A DNA stretch of 64,000 nucleotides from Candidatus Moraniibacteriota bacterium (GCA_023261645.1 JAHFOO010000003.1:31951-95950); one strand, 5' to 3'; positions 50,326-60,428 are shown, counted from the stretch's first letter. A program made the numbers and translations. The notes: generated by a model from the letters alone, not told the origin.

Positions 50326-51315
50326 ATGTATTCCATCAAAAAATATCTCTTCACTCTTTTCATACTTATTATCGGAATTGCTGTTACTGTCGCCTTTTTC
50401 AAGTTGGAAGAATCGAAGGAAAATAAAAAAAATAGCGGTTTCAAAAGCTGTCAGAATCAATACAACCTCATCAACCCAGAGATTGATTGTGAAACGATTG
50501 ATGATGACATTACCAAGACTCAAGGAATTAATAATACGATTGAAGATTTTGTTGCTCTTGAAAAAAAGACAGGCAAAGCAGACGAAATATCTGTCTTTTA
50601 TCGGAACCTCACTACCCGTCAGTGGTTCGGTATCGACGAGAACAGGCAATTCTACCCCGCCAGTGTTGCGAAACTCCCTACTGCTATGATGTTCTATAAG
50701 GTTGCCGAGGTCGATAAGGAGATTCTCGAAACACCAAACACCATCACCGAGGAAGATACCAAATTAAACGATGGCCAACACTATAAACCTCCGGAAAAGC
50801 TGGGGGCCGGAAAAGACTATTCAACGAGAGAACTTCTTCGAAGAATTCTGACATATTCTGACAATATCCCGCTTCGGATACTTATGGAATCGGCCCTTCC
50901 CTTCAGCGCTCCTGTTTTCTTGGATCTCGGTGTGACATTCCCGGCCAAGGAAGGTGATACTGTCGCACAATGGAACACAACAACAAAAACTATTTCTAAC
51001 CTTTTTCGCGTCCTTTACAATGCATCGTATATTCGTCCAGAATATTCGAATGTTATCCTTGAACAGCTCGCCGATTCAAGTTTCAAAAACGGTCTTGTTG
51101 CCGGTGTTCCTGCCGAGACAAAAGTTGCACACAAATATGGTGAGGCTTCGGAAACCGATGAAAAGACGGGTGAGGTTTATATCGTACTCAATGATTGCGG
51201 GATTGTTTACAAAGAAAGCAGCCCGTATATCATTTGTGTGATGACTCAGGGAAAAAGTTTTGATGACCTTGAAACAATCATCAAAACAATCTCTGAAAAA
51301 GTATATTCTTTCTGA
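50326..51315 (+). CDS. Serine hydrolase, class A beta-lactamase-like
   Basis: PASVAK (SxxK), YSDN, AHKYG, NDCGIVY. Confidence 0.88.
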   Translation: MYSIKKYLFTLFILIIGIAVTVAFFKLEESKENKKNSGFKSCQNQYNLINPEIDCETIDDDITKTQGINNTIEDFVALEKKTGKADEISVFYRNLTTRQWFGIDENRQFYPASVAKLPTAMMFYKVAEVDKEILETPNTITEEDTKLNDGQHYKPPEKLGAGKDYSTRELLRRILTYSDNIPLRILMESALPFSAPVFLDLGVTFPAKEGDTVAQWNTTTKTISNLFRVLYNASYIRPEYSNVILEQLADSSFKNGLVAGVPAETKVAHKYGEASETDEKTGEVYIVLNDCGIVYKESSPYIICVMTQGKSFDDLETIIKTISEKVYSF

Positions 51316-51327
51316 CCGATCTTCCAA

Positions 51328-51366
51328 CAAAAAACCCTGAGAGTGCTTTGTTCTCAGGACTTTTTA
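51328..51366. terminator. Bidirectional terminator
   Basis: AAAAAACCCTGAGA...TCTCAGGACTTTTTT between convergent genes. Confidence 0.6.
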
Positions 51367-51379
51367 TTTAGATTCAGGT

Positions 51380-54300
51380 TTAATAATCCGTCTCTACATA
51401 CAGCGATGCAACGTCGATTCCAACAGCAAGAGCTGTGAGATTGTTGGTTCTCCAAAATCTTGCTGCCAAAAAAGTGGTACTGGCAGGAAGCTGTGTCCCA
51501 GCCGTCGCTGCAGTAATCGTGCCCGTAGCGACATCTCCGGTATTAAGTCTTGTTACTCGATAATTTACAACATTATTAACATTAGTAGGAGCATAAAGTA
51601 TCAATTCATACATATCAACCGAGAGAGTGTTTGCTGGGAAGTTAACACCCAGATCAATTGGAGTCTGTGGTGCGGAACCACCATAACATAATTTCATATT
51701 AGTATCAGCCGCACCACTACAAAGTCCTATGCTATTCGTAAGCGTGCTCGGCTCGACATTTGTCGGCGCAGCCGTTGCAGAAGACAGCCCTACAAACTCT
51801 CGGGCACCGGTTACAGTAGCGGCATCACTCGATCCAAAACGAGAGACATAGGTAAAGCCTCCTAATCCCGCACCATCACCGATTGTATATTGCATACTAC
51901 CTTGACGCAGGCTTCCCAATGTTCCAGCTACCGCAGTTGAAACTACTCCTGCTCTTTTAAGACGCGTAAACATACGGGTAGTTGCGACACTTCTTGTTGT
52001 CATAGTGGTCCCACCATTTGAAACTACAGTCATTGCCGCCATACCAAGAACTCCAGGTGCTGTCGTCGCATTTCCAGGTGGATTCCACCATGCTACTTTG
52101 TTCATTGCCACCATTGGTTGCACAATGGAATCAAGCCCCGATGGACCAATCCATTTCGGCATCATTCTGCCTGCGACTGATTTTGAATAGAGAAGCATCT
52201 TTCCAGTAGCTGGAGCCGATGGTTCATTGGTTATTCCATTTAATAATACCTCACCATCTGTACCATTGATTCCCAAGGTTTGTGTTGTCTTGTTGAAGGT
52301 AAATCCTGCATCACCACTTTCTGTTCCGGCGTCATTGAAAGCAACCTGTGTATCACTTCCGATCGGACCGCCACCACCCGCTCCGATACAATCGGTCCAA
52401 GTTGTATTTTGATAGCAACGAAACTTGTTACTGTTCTGATTGTAATACATCGTTCCTTCGATGGCTGTAGCTGGATCACCAGCGTCACTCTTGGCATCAA
52501 GAGCGAGGAGGTCTGGCGTAGTAGATCCTGCTCCACCCGTACCGATCTGCACGTTACCTTCTGCAGTATCTTCTGGGACGAGGTTGATACCACCAGTGCC
52601 CGATTTGATGGTCGTCGTCGATGACGTCGTTGATGAACCAAAGGTAACCGTCTTGATAGCAGCCCCCGTAGCGATATTGATGGTTTCGTTTGATGCGTCA
52701 TCACCAATAGAGAGTGCTCCTGTCGTACCCGAATTGATCGTAAGAGCTGATGCTGTAGCAGAAGAGAGAGTCACGATACCCGCACCGGTATATGATTGAT
52801 TGTTCGCAATAGAAACACCGCCGGTATCCGTAGTGACTGAATCAGCATTCAAAATATCCTGGATATCGACGGTACCACCGGCATTCACTACCATCGTCGC
52901 CTGATTACTGGTGATACCGGTCGCGTTGTTGATAGCCAATGCTCCAGCCGTGATTGTCATTCCGCCAGAAGCAATAGAGATACCGGTTGTCACGCCCGTG
53001 CCGATAGCGATACCGGTACCGACATTGTTACCGATATTGATACCAGTTGCGATAGATCCGGCTGTTTCTGTAATCTGGATGCCACTCGTCATCGTACCGG
53101 CTCCGGTCTGCTCAATGAGCATCCCGTTGGTGAGAGTGCCTGAAGCAATAGAGTTAAAAATTCTTTCTGCTGAAACACCAGCCGTATCCTGATTTTCTAC
53201 CGTAAATGAAGTTGGCGTCGCCACTTCACCAAGAGTATAAGCAATGTTTCTTCCTGTTGTAGTCAGAATGGTATTACCACTGGCGGTATCATACGAAGTT
53301 TGGAGAGTGCTACTACCGCCCGCTCCAATACAATTCGTCCAAGTAGCTCCCTGATAACAACGAAATACATTATCAAACGTGTTGTAATACAGCGCACCCT
53401 CAAAACCACCGGCAGGATCTCCTGTAGTTGATTTCACATCAAGAGCGAGGTAGTCAGGCGTCGTCGAACCAGCACCGCCAGCCCCAATCTGAACCGTAGC
53501 GATCGTACCCGAACCTGCTGGCTGCAATGTGAGGTTCCCTGAAGTATTAGTAATGCTCACATTCGGTGCCAACGTCATTGTGGCAATACCAGAAGCTGTC
53601 AAAGCGGTGTCAGAAGAAGCAATCGTGAGAGTGTTTGAGCCTGAATCAAGGGTCAACCCAGTTGTCGTCGAGGCAATAGTCCCTGTTCCTGCAAAAGTGA
53701 GTGCTGTAGCACTTGTTGCAATCGTATCCAGAGAAGCCACACCAGTAAGAGCGCCTCCAGTCGTGACATTGAGGCCACCAGATGAAGTCAAAGCAAAAGT
53801 ACCGGTGGCATTGCCGATGGTCGTGGTGGCTGTACCGGTTGAGTTGATAAGGGTTGTACCTGTAATCGTCGTAGCATCATTGAGACTGATGATGCCAGCA
53901 CCATTAGCAACAAGAGTGAGATCTTCACCGGTTCCGGTGGTGATATCGGTTGTCGCACCCGTAAAAGTAAGTCCAGTCGAGCCAATAATTTTGTTGGTCA
54001 GTGTCTGACTCGTACCCAAATCAGCAAGCGTGATCGTACCCGACGGAAGCGTAGCTATTGTTGAAGCTGTGGCCGTTAATGTTAGGGGAAAAGCACCGGT
54101 CGTTGTGAATGCATCAGAAAACTGAATGGTCTTGCCATTTGGGATAGTAAGAGTACCAGTGGTATCCGTGACTGAGAGACCGTGTACTTTGTCGGCGTTC
54201 AGAGCATACGGTGCCGTGGTGAAGTGAACGAGCGGTGTCATCTGTCCGTTACTATTAAAGTTGATACCGAGGTAAATGTTATCGGTATTGAAATCGATGA

Positions 54301-54631
54301 GAGAAGCGAAAGCAGTCGTATCGCCGAGATTGGTCTGAAAAATACCATCAGCCGTGGTGATGCTTTTCGATTCTTTCCATACGGCGTCGTTATTGGAACC
54401 GGCTGTACAGGGTGTCACCGGACTGGCGGTCGTGTACACACAAAACAAGAAGTTATAACTGGCATTGGCGACGTTGGTACCATCGGTATTCGTAACTTTT
54501 CCTTGGAAGTTGATCTGTTTGTTGATACCCGTAGTCGCCTCTGCTGTTTGAACTACATAAAAAAAGAGAAGCAGGCTGGCCAAGGCCACCGCTTTACTTC
54601 TGAAGAAATTCTTTGTATTTTTGGTTTTCAC
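51380..54631 (-). CDS. Large secreted Thr/Gly-rich fibre/adhesin-like protein (1083 aa)
   Basis: Signal peptide; INFQGKVTN...GIFQTNLG...APYALNADKVHG; two copies of a G..YYN....FRCYQ..TW..C module; tail-fibre-like C-terminus. GTG start. Confidence 0.8.
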   Translation of the reverse strand: MKTKNTKNFFRSKAVALASLLLFFYVVQTAEATTGINKQINFQGKVTNTDGTNVANASYNFLFCVYTTASPVTPCTAGSNNDAVWKESKSITTADGIFQTNLGDTTAFASLIDFNTDNIYLGINFNSNGQMTPLVHFTTAPYALNADKVHGLSVTDTTGTLTIPNGKTIQFSDAFTTTGAFPLTLTATASTIATLPSGTITLADLGTSQTLTNKIIGSTGLTFTGATTDITTGTGEDLTLVANGAGIISLNDATTITGTTLINSTGTATTTIGNATGTFALTSSGGLNVTTGGALTGVASLDTIATSATALTFAGTGTIASTTTGLTLDSGSNTLTIASSDTALTASGIATMTLAPNVSITNTSGNLTLQPAGSGTIATVQIGAGGAGSTTPDYLALDVKSTTGDPAGGFEGALYYNTFDNVFRCYQGATWTNCIGAGGSSTLQTSYDTASGNTILTTTGRNIAYTLGEVATPTSFTVENQDTAGVSAERIFNSIASGTLTNGMLIEQTGAGTMTSGIQITETAGSIATGINIGNNVGTGIAIGTGVTTGISIASGGMTITAGALAINNATGITSNQATMVVNAGGTVDIQDILNADSVTTDTGGVSIANNQSYTGAGIVTLSSATASALTINSGTTGALSIGDDASNETINIATGAAIKTVTFGSSTTSSTTTIKSGTGGINLVPEDTAEGNVQIGTGGAGSTTPDLLALDAKSDAGDPATAIEGTMYYNQNSNKFRCYQNTTWTDCIGAGGGGPIGSDTQVAFNDAGTESGDAGFTFNKTTQTLGINGTDGEVLLNGITNEPSAPATGKMLLYSKSVAGRMMPKWIGPSGLDSIVQPMVAMNKVAWWNPPGNATTAPGVLGMAAMTVVSNGGTTMTTRSVATTRMFTRLKRAGVVSTAVAGTLGSLRQGSMQYTIGDGAGLGGFTYVSRFGSSDAATVTGAREFVGLSSATAAPTNVEPSTLTNSIGLCSGAADTNMKLCYGGSAPQTPIDLGVNFPANTLSVDMYELILYAPTNVNNVVNYRVTRLNTGDVATGTITAATAGTQLPASTTFLAARFWRTNNLTALAVGIDVASLYVETDY

Positions 54632-54649
54632 ACGCTTCTTTTTTTGTTT

Positions 54650-55096
54650 TTATCTCGGTAACACGACGTCTTGAGGCTGATTACTTTTTACTTCAAGTAC
54701 CGAAGAGTCAAACCCTGCCAAAGCGTCGGCCTGTGCTCGACTCACAGCGTTATTCTTCGCTTCAAGTTCAGAAATTCTATCCGACATTTGACTGAAAATG
54801 ACCGCTGTCACAATGAGAATGAGAGAAAGGACAAGTGTGATAGCTATCAACCAATACTTCCCAGAAAGCTCGTTTTTTCTTTTTTCAAAAAATTGGGTGG
54901 TTTTCCCCTGAGAGATGATAACTTCATCTGGTTTTTTGTCCGCAAGATACTCATTGAGCCATGAAATAGTGGTCAACCATTTATGCCCCTTCTTTTCCGC
55001 TTTGAGCAGTCCGCGCCGAGAAAGCAAACTTAGATACTCCTGACTATACGAGCAGAGTTTGGAAGCGTCCCACATAGAGAGATATTCGGTATTCAT
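54650..55096 (-). CDS. Excisionase/HTH_17-like DNA-binding domain plus TM helix
   Basis: YLSMWDAS..CSYSQEYLSLLSRRGLLKAEKKGHKWLTT..WL.EY, followed by a TM segment. Confidence 0.75.
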   Translation of the reverse strand: MNTEYLSMWDASKLCSYSQEYLSLLSRRGLLKAEKKGHKWLTTISWLNEYLADKKPDEVIISQGKTTQFFEKRKNELSGKYWLIAITLVLSLILIVTAVIFSQMSDRISELEAKNNAVSRAQADALAGFDSSVLEVKSNQPQDVVLPR

Positions 55097-55117
55097 ATAT
55101 TTTTTTGAGAGAGATAC

Positions 55118-55285
55118 TCGTGATAGCAAGCTCACGACCTGCTACTCCTTATCAGAAGTAGTGTTGTGCTTCTTTGTTCCTGCTAAAACAAAAAAACCGG
55201 GCATTCACCCGGTTTCTTGGCTGTATCGGATATATCCGATACTCAATCACCTGTCTATTATAGCAGGAAAATGCCCTCTTGTCAA
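55118..55285 (-). promoter_or_regulatory. Consensus promoter followed by a structured leader with an intrinsic terminator
   Basis: TTGACA-N17-TATAAT with TG extension; perfect 20-bp palindrome 55223-55242; terminator AAACCGGG-tgaatg-CCCGGTTTTTTT; two further hairpins. Confidence 0.7.
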
Positions 55286-55305
55286 CGCGTACCAAATAAG
55301 GATCT

Positions 55306-55908
55306 CTATTCCTTCGTTTTCCATTCGAAATCTTTAAGAATATTTTCCAAATCTCCTCGTAATGTTTCAAGGGAAAATGGAGAAGTAGTAGAAATGCTCA
55401 GAATAGAATTATCTTTCTGGAAAAACACCGTCTGTTCGAATACTTGAGAGTTTTTCGTAAAAAGAGCTCCGTCAAGATCTTGCCATTTGAGTGACGACTG
55501 TTCGTATGTTTGGGAATCATTGCGACGCATCTGAAACGCCGGTGAAGCATTAAGTGTGTTTGTTTCGCGCTTCTCTGCAGTAATGGCTATTTTCTTTCCT
55601 TCCGTATCGATAGCGGAAAGGAGAAGACCTTCTTCAATCGGACCGGTCTCTGAAAATGTATGTGAGGTTTCTCGATATTTTCCAGGATACGAGAAACTGA
55701 AAGAGGTTCCCGAAAAGTGTTTGGTTTCCGTTTTTTGATCAAAACTCTCCTCTTGCTTGGGGAGTGTTCCAGAACGAATTACGCCGACAGCAGAAGTTCG
55801 AAGGAAAATCCATAAAAAATACAGTCCCACACAAAGAAAGGTCGCTATGAAAAAGAATATCGAAAACTTGTACTTTCGCTTCATCTTATTTCGTTTATTT
55901 TGTCTCAT
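55306..55908 (-). CDS. Hypothetical membrane-anchored protein (PsbP/DcrB-like fold possible)
   Basis: TM; FSFSYP motif; C-terminal ILKDFEWK. Confidence 0.65.
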   Translation of the reverse strand: MRQNKRNKMKRKYKFSIFFFIATFLCVGLYFLWIFLRTSAVGVIRSGTLPKQEESFDQKTETKHFSGTSFSFSYPGKYRETSHTFSETGPIEEGLLLSAIDTEGKKIAITAEKRETNTLNASPAFQMRRNDSQTYEQSSLKWQDLDGALFTKNSQVFEQTVFFQKDNSILSISTTSPFSLETLRGDLENILKDFEWKTKE

Positions 55909-56842
55909 TTGAGCCTTTTCTATGATATTTTACCACGAACCACACTACCAATACGACAAGAAGAATACCCGTCCCGATAGCAGGCAGAGGGATGAAATAA
56001 AATTGAAACGATGTGGATGAAAAATCGTCTTTTCCATCATATCGGAAACTCATATCCATCGTATAGCGTCCTGGTACGAAACTGAAGAGAAGCGTTTTGA
56101 GACGGACAGGATAGATACGGAATGTCTCAGGAAGAATAATTGATGATTCCTCATTGATGATACCTTTGGCAACAATGCGTCCAAAAGGATCAGTCACAGT
56201 TGCTATGCCCCGCGGTACAAGATGGACGTTACCATTATTCTGGAAACGTAGACGAAGCATATTCTGAAATCGTATCAGGGTATGCTCATAGTCCTGTCTG
56301 TTCAATCGAAGATCAGAGATTTCACCACCGACTTTCTTGACGAAAACGAGCGTCGAGAAGAGTTGATTGACAGAAACCGTCTCTCCTCCGGCGTTTTCTT
56401 CAGTGTTTCCTTGGCCACTCTTCTCTGTCTTGAATGTCAGGGCGCCATAGTGTCCGCCAGGAGACAGACCTTCGCGATTTTCTATGGTGATGAGAATCTT
56501 CTTCGTTTCATTGGGTTCGAGCATAAACACATCTTTTTCCGGGCGTATCCACGAAGCGAGAGCGTATTTTTTCTCCAGATCGTTCGTTGCACCGAGGAAA
56601 GCCACTCCGCCGGATTCATCCAAACTGCCGAAATCAAAAACAGCGATACGGAGTGTCACCGCTTCATCCGTGGTATTGGTGACAGAAACGAAAAAATCTG
56701 TTTTTGTATCTTTCGTCTCAAGGGTAATTTCTTGAAAGGCGGGGCTCAGAGTGATACCGCTTTGAACATTTTCAGCATAAACCATCCCTCGTGGGGAGAA
56801 CATTACCACAACGATAAAAAGAGTAAACAAAAAAAGCCTCAT
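55895..56842 (-). CDS. DUF916/WxL-interacting (PapD-chaperone-like) membrane-anchored protein
   Basis: Signal peptide; ITLSP, V.VTN, PGGHYGAL, FQNNGNVHL.PRG, ILP..R, GRY; C-terminal TM. Confidence 0.7.
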   Translation of the reverse strand: MRLFLFTLFIVVVMFSPRGMVYAENVQSGITLSPAFQEITLETKDTKTDFFVSVTNTTDEAVTLRIAVFDFGSLDESGGVAFLGATNDLEKKYALASWIRPEKDVFMLEPNETKKILITIENREGLSPGGHYGALTFKTEKSGQGNTEENAGGETVSVNQLFSTLVFVKKVGGEISDLRLNRQDYEHTLIRFQNMLRLRFQNNGNVHLVPRGIATVTDPFGRIVAKGIINEESSIILPETFRIYPVRLKTLLFSFVPGRYTMDMSFRYDGKDDFSSTSFQFYFIPLPAIGTGILLVVLVVWFVVKYHRKGSNETK

Positions 56843-56865
56843 GAAATTTAAATTTGGTTTGGTTT

Positions 56866-57951
56866 CTACTTCTTTATTCGTTTGAAAAGCTTATTCCAAA
56901 CAGTACGTACCGTGGAACGGAAACCTACGAAGAAAAAAATGGCAATAACAGTAAGTGCAATAAGCATCCGCCAAGGCACCACCCAAAAGGTCACCTCTCC
57001 TTCAATAGGTACGTCCCGATGTCCATCATCATAGATGAGGAGGAGATTGGCGGTATACTTTCCAAAACGGAGTTTGGACGTATTGTTCCAATCCCATTTG
57101 AGTTCATAGACAGGATTCCCCTCTCCATCAAGAACCGTCTTGCCGTCTTGTGTTTTCTCCGTATAGACAGGAAAGCCATCGTTCCATTTGGTATCGAATA
57201 TACGGCTTGAATTCGGCAATATATTGCCCTTTTCGCTGTTCACTTCAAGAATAGCAATATTCTTTGTATTCCCTTGATTGATGAAGATGTTTCCTCTCGG
57301 AGCGATATGGACACTTCCAGTGTTTTTCAGCTTCACGCTGAATGTTGTCGGAAGAAATTCATAGAATTTCTTGTCGACAGAGAATTCTGTCACACTCACT
57401 TCTCTCTTGGCATCCGGAACTCGCGCTTCAAGGAGAACGAGAATGGCCGTACCCCCGACAAGGGCTGTCTGTCGTGTTTCAAGCTGTGCTCCATCATCCG
57501 CTCGAGAGAAAACAAAGGCATAGTAATATCCGAAAGAGGCGGTCGATGGAACGACAAACGTCGCAGTGATCGTTTTCCATTCATCGGGAGCCAAAGTGAA
57601 TGTCGGTTCTGAGAATGTTACCCAGTTCAAGAAATCATCACCCGCTTCTCTCTCCAAGAGTTGTGGCTTGCCAGACTCTTCGTACGCATTGAATTTCATC
57701 AGGTCGATCTTGAGCGTTTCTTTCTGTGTACCACCATTCTTCACCTTGAGTTCCGTTGTGATGGTCTTGCCTGGTTCGGTGACAAGGTTGATAGGCAATG
57801 GTGAAGTGATGAGACGGAGTCCTGCATCGGTAGTTTGGGCGGAGACGGAAAAAGCAAGCGAAAGAGAACAAACAAAAAGAAAAAGGAGGCTGAAAAAAGT
57901 CACTTTGAAAGAAAAATTTGTAGGAAATATATGCATAAGGATTATCATCAT
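56866..57951 (-). CDS. DUF916/WxL-interacting (PapD-chaperone-like) membrane-anchored protein
   Basis: Paralog of the previous gene: TSP, VKN, GYYYAFVF, KNTGSVHIAPRG, ILPNSSR, GKYTA, FWVVPW plus TM. Confidence 0.72.
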   Translation of the reverse strand: MMIILMHIFPTNFSFKVTFFSLLFLFVCSLSLAFSVSAQTTDAGLRLITSPLPINLVTEPGKTITTELKVKNGGTQKETLKIDLMKFNAYEESGKPQLLEREAGDDFLNWVTFSEPTFTLAPDEWKTITATFVVPSTASFGYYYAFVFSRADDGAQLETRQTALVGGTAILVLLEARVPDAKREVSVTEFSVDKKFYEFLPTTFSVKLKNTGSVHIAPRGNIFINQGNTKNIAILEVNSEKGNILPNSSRIFDTKWNDGFPVYTEKTQDGKTVLDGEGNPVYELKWDWNNTSKLRFGKYTANLLLIYDDGHRDVPIEGEVTFWVVPWRMLIALTVIAIFFFVGFRSTVRTVWNKLFKRIKK

Positions 57952-58020
57952 AATACCATATTCCTCTTTTTGTACCTAGAATTCACCTTTCATCAAGAGT
58001 CTCTTATCTCTAGAAATAAT

Positions 58021-58086
58021 GGGCATTGAACCCCGGGGCAAGCCCTAGACACAATCCCTCCGCGGCAAGCCGCGGAGTATTGACCC
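58021..58086. repeat. REP/MITE-like GC-rich hairpin element
   Basis: CTCCGCGGC-AA-GCCGCGGAG perfect hairpin (58058-58077) and a degenerate GGGCAAGCCC copy; ATTGA(A)CCC occurs at both ends. Confidence 0.6.
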
Positions 58087-58169
58087 AATTTTACTAGCAC
58101 TCGCTCGGTAATGAAAACCCTCCTTCCATCGAAGGAAAGAGGTCTATCTTTTTTAACGAGAACGGAAAA

Positions 58170-59216
58170 CTAGAATCGTCCAGCAGCCACAACTGTCAAC
58201 GTATCCGTATAATCCGTCGCTGCAGGTTGAATAGCGGTGATTTTGGCACGTTCGATGAGGGTCAGAACATCACCATCGGTCGTACCAGAGGATGCTGCAA
58301 TCGGTTGGAATGTCGTTGCAAGCGTACCTCCGGAAGTAGTATTGGTACCGTTGTACTCTGCCCCATAGTTAGAGGCCTGAGAAACCGTACCTGTACCCGT
58401 AGCACTATCAGTCGTGATATCCACATCAAGGACATATCCTACAAGAGAGGCAAGATCGGATGGTGCATTGTCGAGAGAGCCGGCCGTAGCGATAGTGGTA
58501 CTGGCTGAAGCGGAGGAAAGGCCAGCATTGGCACTCTTGACCCAAGCGACCCAACCTAAAGCGGCATTCGTTGCGATAGTGACTGTCTTACCGGCAGTAG
58601 AAGCGGTTGTCGTAGAAAGATTACCAGAGAAAGTGTCCGTATTCCCACTCAAAGCGAAGGTGAAAGTAGCAGGCACAGTGGCTGTCACCACGATCTGATC
58701 ATTGGTCACGATAGAGAGAGCAAAATTGGAGCTATCAATAGCAGTCGGTCCGGCGAGTTGCGTGGTGATAGTCCCTACCAAATTGTTCCCGGCAGTAGGA
58801 TTGGTCAATGTGGTTGTTCCGGTAAAATTGAAACAATACAGCGTTCCGACAACCATATCACCGCTCGGAAAAGTGACATCCTGACCAGTGGCTGCCGAAG
58901 CGGTACCGATACCGATCCACGCTGTCGCATCCGTAGGGATATTGGTCGTCGTCACGGTCCAGTTCGCAGGAGTATCCACCGTAGCGAATCCTGTCGGAAA
59001 GGTCACTTTGACCGTCGTTTCTATAGAAGCCGTGACAGATTTGGCACAAACCATCCCGCCCGTGGTCGTAGAGGCAGCCAAACGATCGAGACGAACAGAA
59101 GATTGCTGGAGTCCGGCTGCTTCAGCTTTCTCAACACCCAGAAAAAATGGAAAGACAAAAATAAACAAGAAAGAAAGAACCGCTACCGACATCACGCTTC
59201 GTGTCAACTGTTTCAT
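58170..59216 (-). CDS. Secreted WxL/pilin-like beta-rich protein
   Basis: Signal peptide; DQIVVTATVP.TFTF, TNA..G, C-terminal A.DYTDTLTVVAAGRF. Confidence 0.7.
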   Translation of the reverse strand: MKQLTRSVMSVAVLSFLFIFVFPFFLGVEKAEAAGLQQSSVRLDRLAASTTTGGMVCAKSVTASIETTVKVTFPTGFATVDTPANWTVTTTNIPTDATAWIGIGTASAATGQDVTFPSGDMVVGTLYCFNFTGTTTLTNPTAGNNLVGTITTQLAGPTAIDSSNFALSIVTNDQIVVTATVPATFTFALSGNTDTFSGNLSTTTASTAGKTVTIATNAALGWVAWVKSANAGLSSASASTTIATAGSLDNAPSDLASLVGYVLDVDITTDSATGTGTVSQASNYGAEYNGTNTTSGGTLATTFQPIAASSGTTDGDVLTLIERAKITAIQPAATDYTDTLTVVAAGRF

Positions 59217-59339
59217 AGAAAAAGGTTCGCAATTTATTTTTATTATTATGTATTGAGAGAATAAAAAGATTCTTTCTGCAGTCATTGTATCACTTTTTTC
59301 ACCGGAAGTTAATCCTTTGTCAAGACTGAAAAGAAAAAA

Positions 59340-60413
59340 TCAAAAGCTGGCAGAGGCGATAACAGTCAATGTTTCTGTGTAATCACTGGCAGAAGGAGTC
59401 ACTGCAGATGATTTCGCTTTGAGGAGGAATGACCCACGGCCATTGGTTGTCGGAGCGGAGGCGGTAAATATCTCACGAATACTCGTATCGATAATACCCA
59501 CGTTGCTCCCCGTCTGATCGTAGAGCGTTGCGATGGTCAACCCATTGGTAGCTGTCGATTTCTGTGCACCAAAACCTTCATCCAAAGCAGTCAAATTGCC
59601 TGTCACGGCATCGATCGTATACCCGGCACGGGTACTCGTTAGCCCTGCACTATTGGAAACGACATAGACACGTCCCCCGCTCTCACCATTGGTGATGAAA
59701 TCCACCCAGATCTTCTCCGGACTGTCTGTCACTGTCCCCGCAAATAAATCCCCAAAGTTTGTTGCTGTAACGTTGTTGTCTGCATCAGATGCCGAAACAT
59801 CGATATCAAAGGTCATCTGAGGATTGACGGTCGCCGTGGTCGCAGTCGGGCCATAACCGGTTTCGGTGAATTTTCCTTGCCATGCATTTACTTTTACTTG
59901 ATACGTCGTACCGGCCGTGAGACCTATGATAAGAGTGCCACCTGCTCCTCCCCAGGTCGTATATGTCTGGTAGTCTTCATTGCCACGTACTGCACCTACC
60001 GTATCATCACTTTGTACATAGCGTGTATCACTCACAAAACCATCCGTACTGATAGCAATAGAAAATTTCGTATCACTTGGATTGTTTCCTGTATCGAGGA
60101 CTATTTTCAATTTATTATAATAATTGCTCGGATTGGTAAATGTCGGAGCCGGAGGAACATTGGCCTGATTGGTGAAAAGAAGTCCTGAACCGAGACCGTA
60201 ATCCGTACTGGAAAGTTTTCCATTGCTTTGTTCGCCACTTACCCCATCCAAAGCATAGTTTGTGGATGTCGCATCTCCTGCTCCGCCTGTTCCAAAACCG
60301 AAATCCTTGAGCTGATAGTTCGTGCTGGCCGGAAAAACGAATATAAGAAAAAACCCTAGAGGAAGTGAAAAAAACTTTTTGTAAAAAGAAATAGTTGTGA
60401 AGCCTTTCCTCAT
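59340..60413 (-). CDS. Secreted FnIII plus WxL/pilin-like protein
   Basis: STNYQL, GLTAGTTY.VKV.A (FnIII), TNGESG, C-terminal DYTETLTVIASASF. Confidence 0.7.
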   Translation of the reverse strand: MRKGFTTISFYKKFFSLPLGFFLIFVFPASTNYQLKDFGFGTGGAGDATSTNYALDGVSGEQSNGKLSSTDYGLGSGLLFTNQANVPPAPTFTNPSNYYNKLKIVLDTGNNPSDTKFSIAISTDGFVSDTRYVQSDDTVGAVRGNEDYQTYTTWGGAGGTLIIGLTAGTTYQVKVNAWQGKFTETGYGPTATTATVNPQMTFDIDVSASDADNNVTATNFGDLFAGTVTDSPEKIWVDFITNGESGGRVYVVSNSAGLTSTRAGYTIDAVTGNLTALDEGFGAQKSTATNGLTIATLYDQTGSNVGIIDTSIREIFTASAPTTNGRGSFLLKAKSSAVTPSASDYTETLTVIASASF

Positions 60414-60428
60414 AAGTAAAGTATATCT

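Noticed and set aside
50326-51315. Possible antibiotic-resistance beta-lactamase
   Set aside because: Has SxxK, SDN and HKxG but no recognisable class A omega-loop E166 motif; such membrane-anchored serine hydrolases are common, and resistance cannot be inferred.
55220-55250. Peptide EYRIYP resembling the N-terminus of IS605 TnpB
   Set aside because: Only six residues, arising from the palindrome; no downstream TnpB sequence.
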